A program made the translations under genes and the position numbers. Shown here piece after piece: positions 63,368 through 64,000 of a stretch of DNA of 64,000 nt (position 1 is its first letter; every line of letters begins with the position of its first letter). This DNA is from Octopus sinensis (lineage: Eukaryota). The notes under the pieces are model-generated. The model was not told the DNA's origin. It was given only the letters and a program-made list of their open reading frames with translations, and did not search any database. Location: the NCBI RefSeq assembly GCF_006345805.1, contig NC_043004.1:1116001-1180000 (forward strand), written 5' to 3'.

Positions 63368-64000
63368 GGTTCTGTCCGACGAACGAGAACGTGAAACTCC
63401 GAGTAACAATTTTAGCGACATCTTTGCAGCTTTATTAATAAAGTACACACGCACACACATATATATCACAGATTTTCTTGCTCTCTCTCTCTCATACCAA
63501 GTGACTGTAGAGCTTTGATTTGTAACATGTAGGCACAAATAGTATTTGCTGAATTGTGTCAGTTACGAAGGAGTTGCTAAATTAGGTTTTACTCAGTGAT
63601 GAACGAATGTAGAGGTTCTCAAACAGTCAAATACCAGCTGCCACCTCTAATTAGTGAACTTATTTCACTCCACAACTCTTTGTTAACGAGAAGACAAAAC
63701 AGTGAAAGCCGTGTCCATATAATTTTTTTTATTTCTCTGCCATGGTGTAGAGCAAGTTTAAAACTAATTTTATTAAACATGGCGATATTTCTGCCCCCTT
63801 TTCAATCCATAAAGGCCTCCTCAATGTGAAGCATTAATTTAATGTATTGCTAGGTAGAATTGAGAACGAAATAGTTATTTATTTCGAATATAAACCAAAA
63901 AAACTTTCGTTTCATTTCACAACTCCGCACATAATGACGAAGCGACCTGAACATTCAAGGGAGGCAACTCTTTATTGTAATTATTTCCCTTCACCAATTT

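Overview
AT-rich, repeat-dense eukaryotic DNA, most likely an octopus genome (inferred from tRNA-derived SINE types, 'HTGEKPYHCDICGKSF' zinc-finger arrays and very high microsatellite density). Host genes: (1) an intact 5-coding-exon cytosolic sulfotransferase (SULT) on + at 29266-38786 (285 aa when spliced); (2) a divergently oriented, probably pseudogenised SULT paralogue on - at 1706-3278 (ATG>ATA plus two +1 indels); (3) a 15-finger C2H2 zinc-finger ORF on - at 50141-51403 whose array decays at both ends. The rest is TE debris: a Helitron PIF1-helicase remnant with its CTAG end, CR1-like, RTE-like and R4/Dong-like LINE fragments, Buster/Charlie hAT, Tc1/mariner elements and MITEs, two solo LTRs with 4-bp TSDs, several SINE families, and many long palindromes. 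There is also a 100-N gap with a ~1 kb duplication across it. Most short ORFs in the track are microsatellite or TE artefacts. The most unusual signal is a set of type I hammerhead ribozyme (HHR) folds on the - strand. One lies inside a 432-bp-period, direct-repeat, (TA)n-flanked retrozyme-like element (59181-59754). A second has an extended stem II (53977-54109). The third is a dispersed family carrying an inverted pair of minimal hammerheads (6.5, 43.6 and 63.3 kb).
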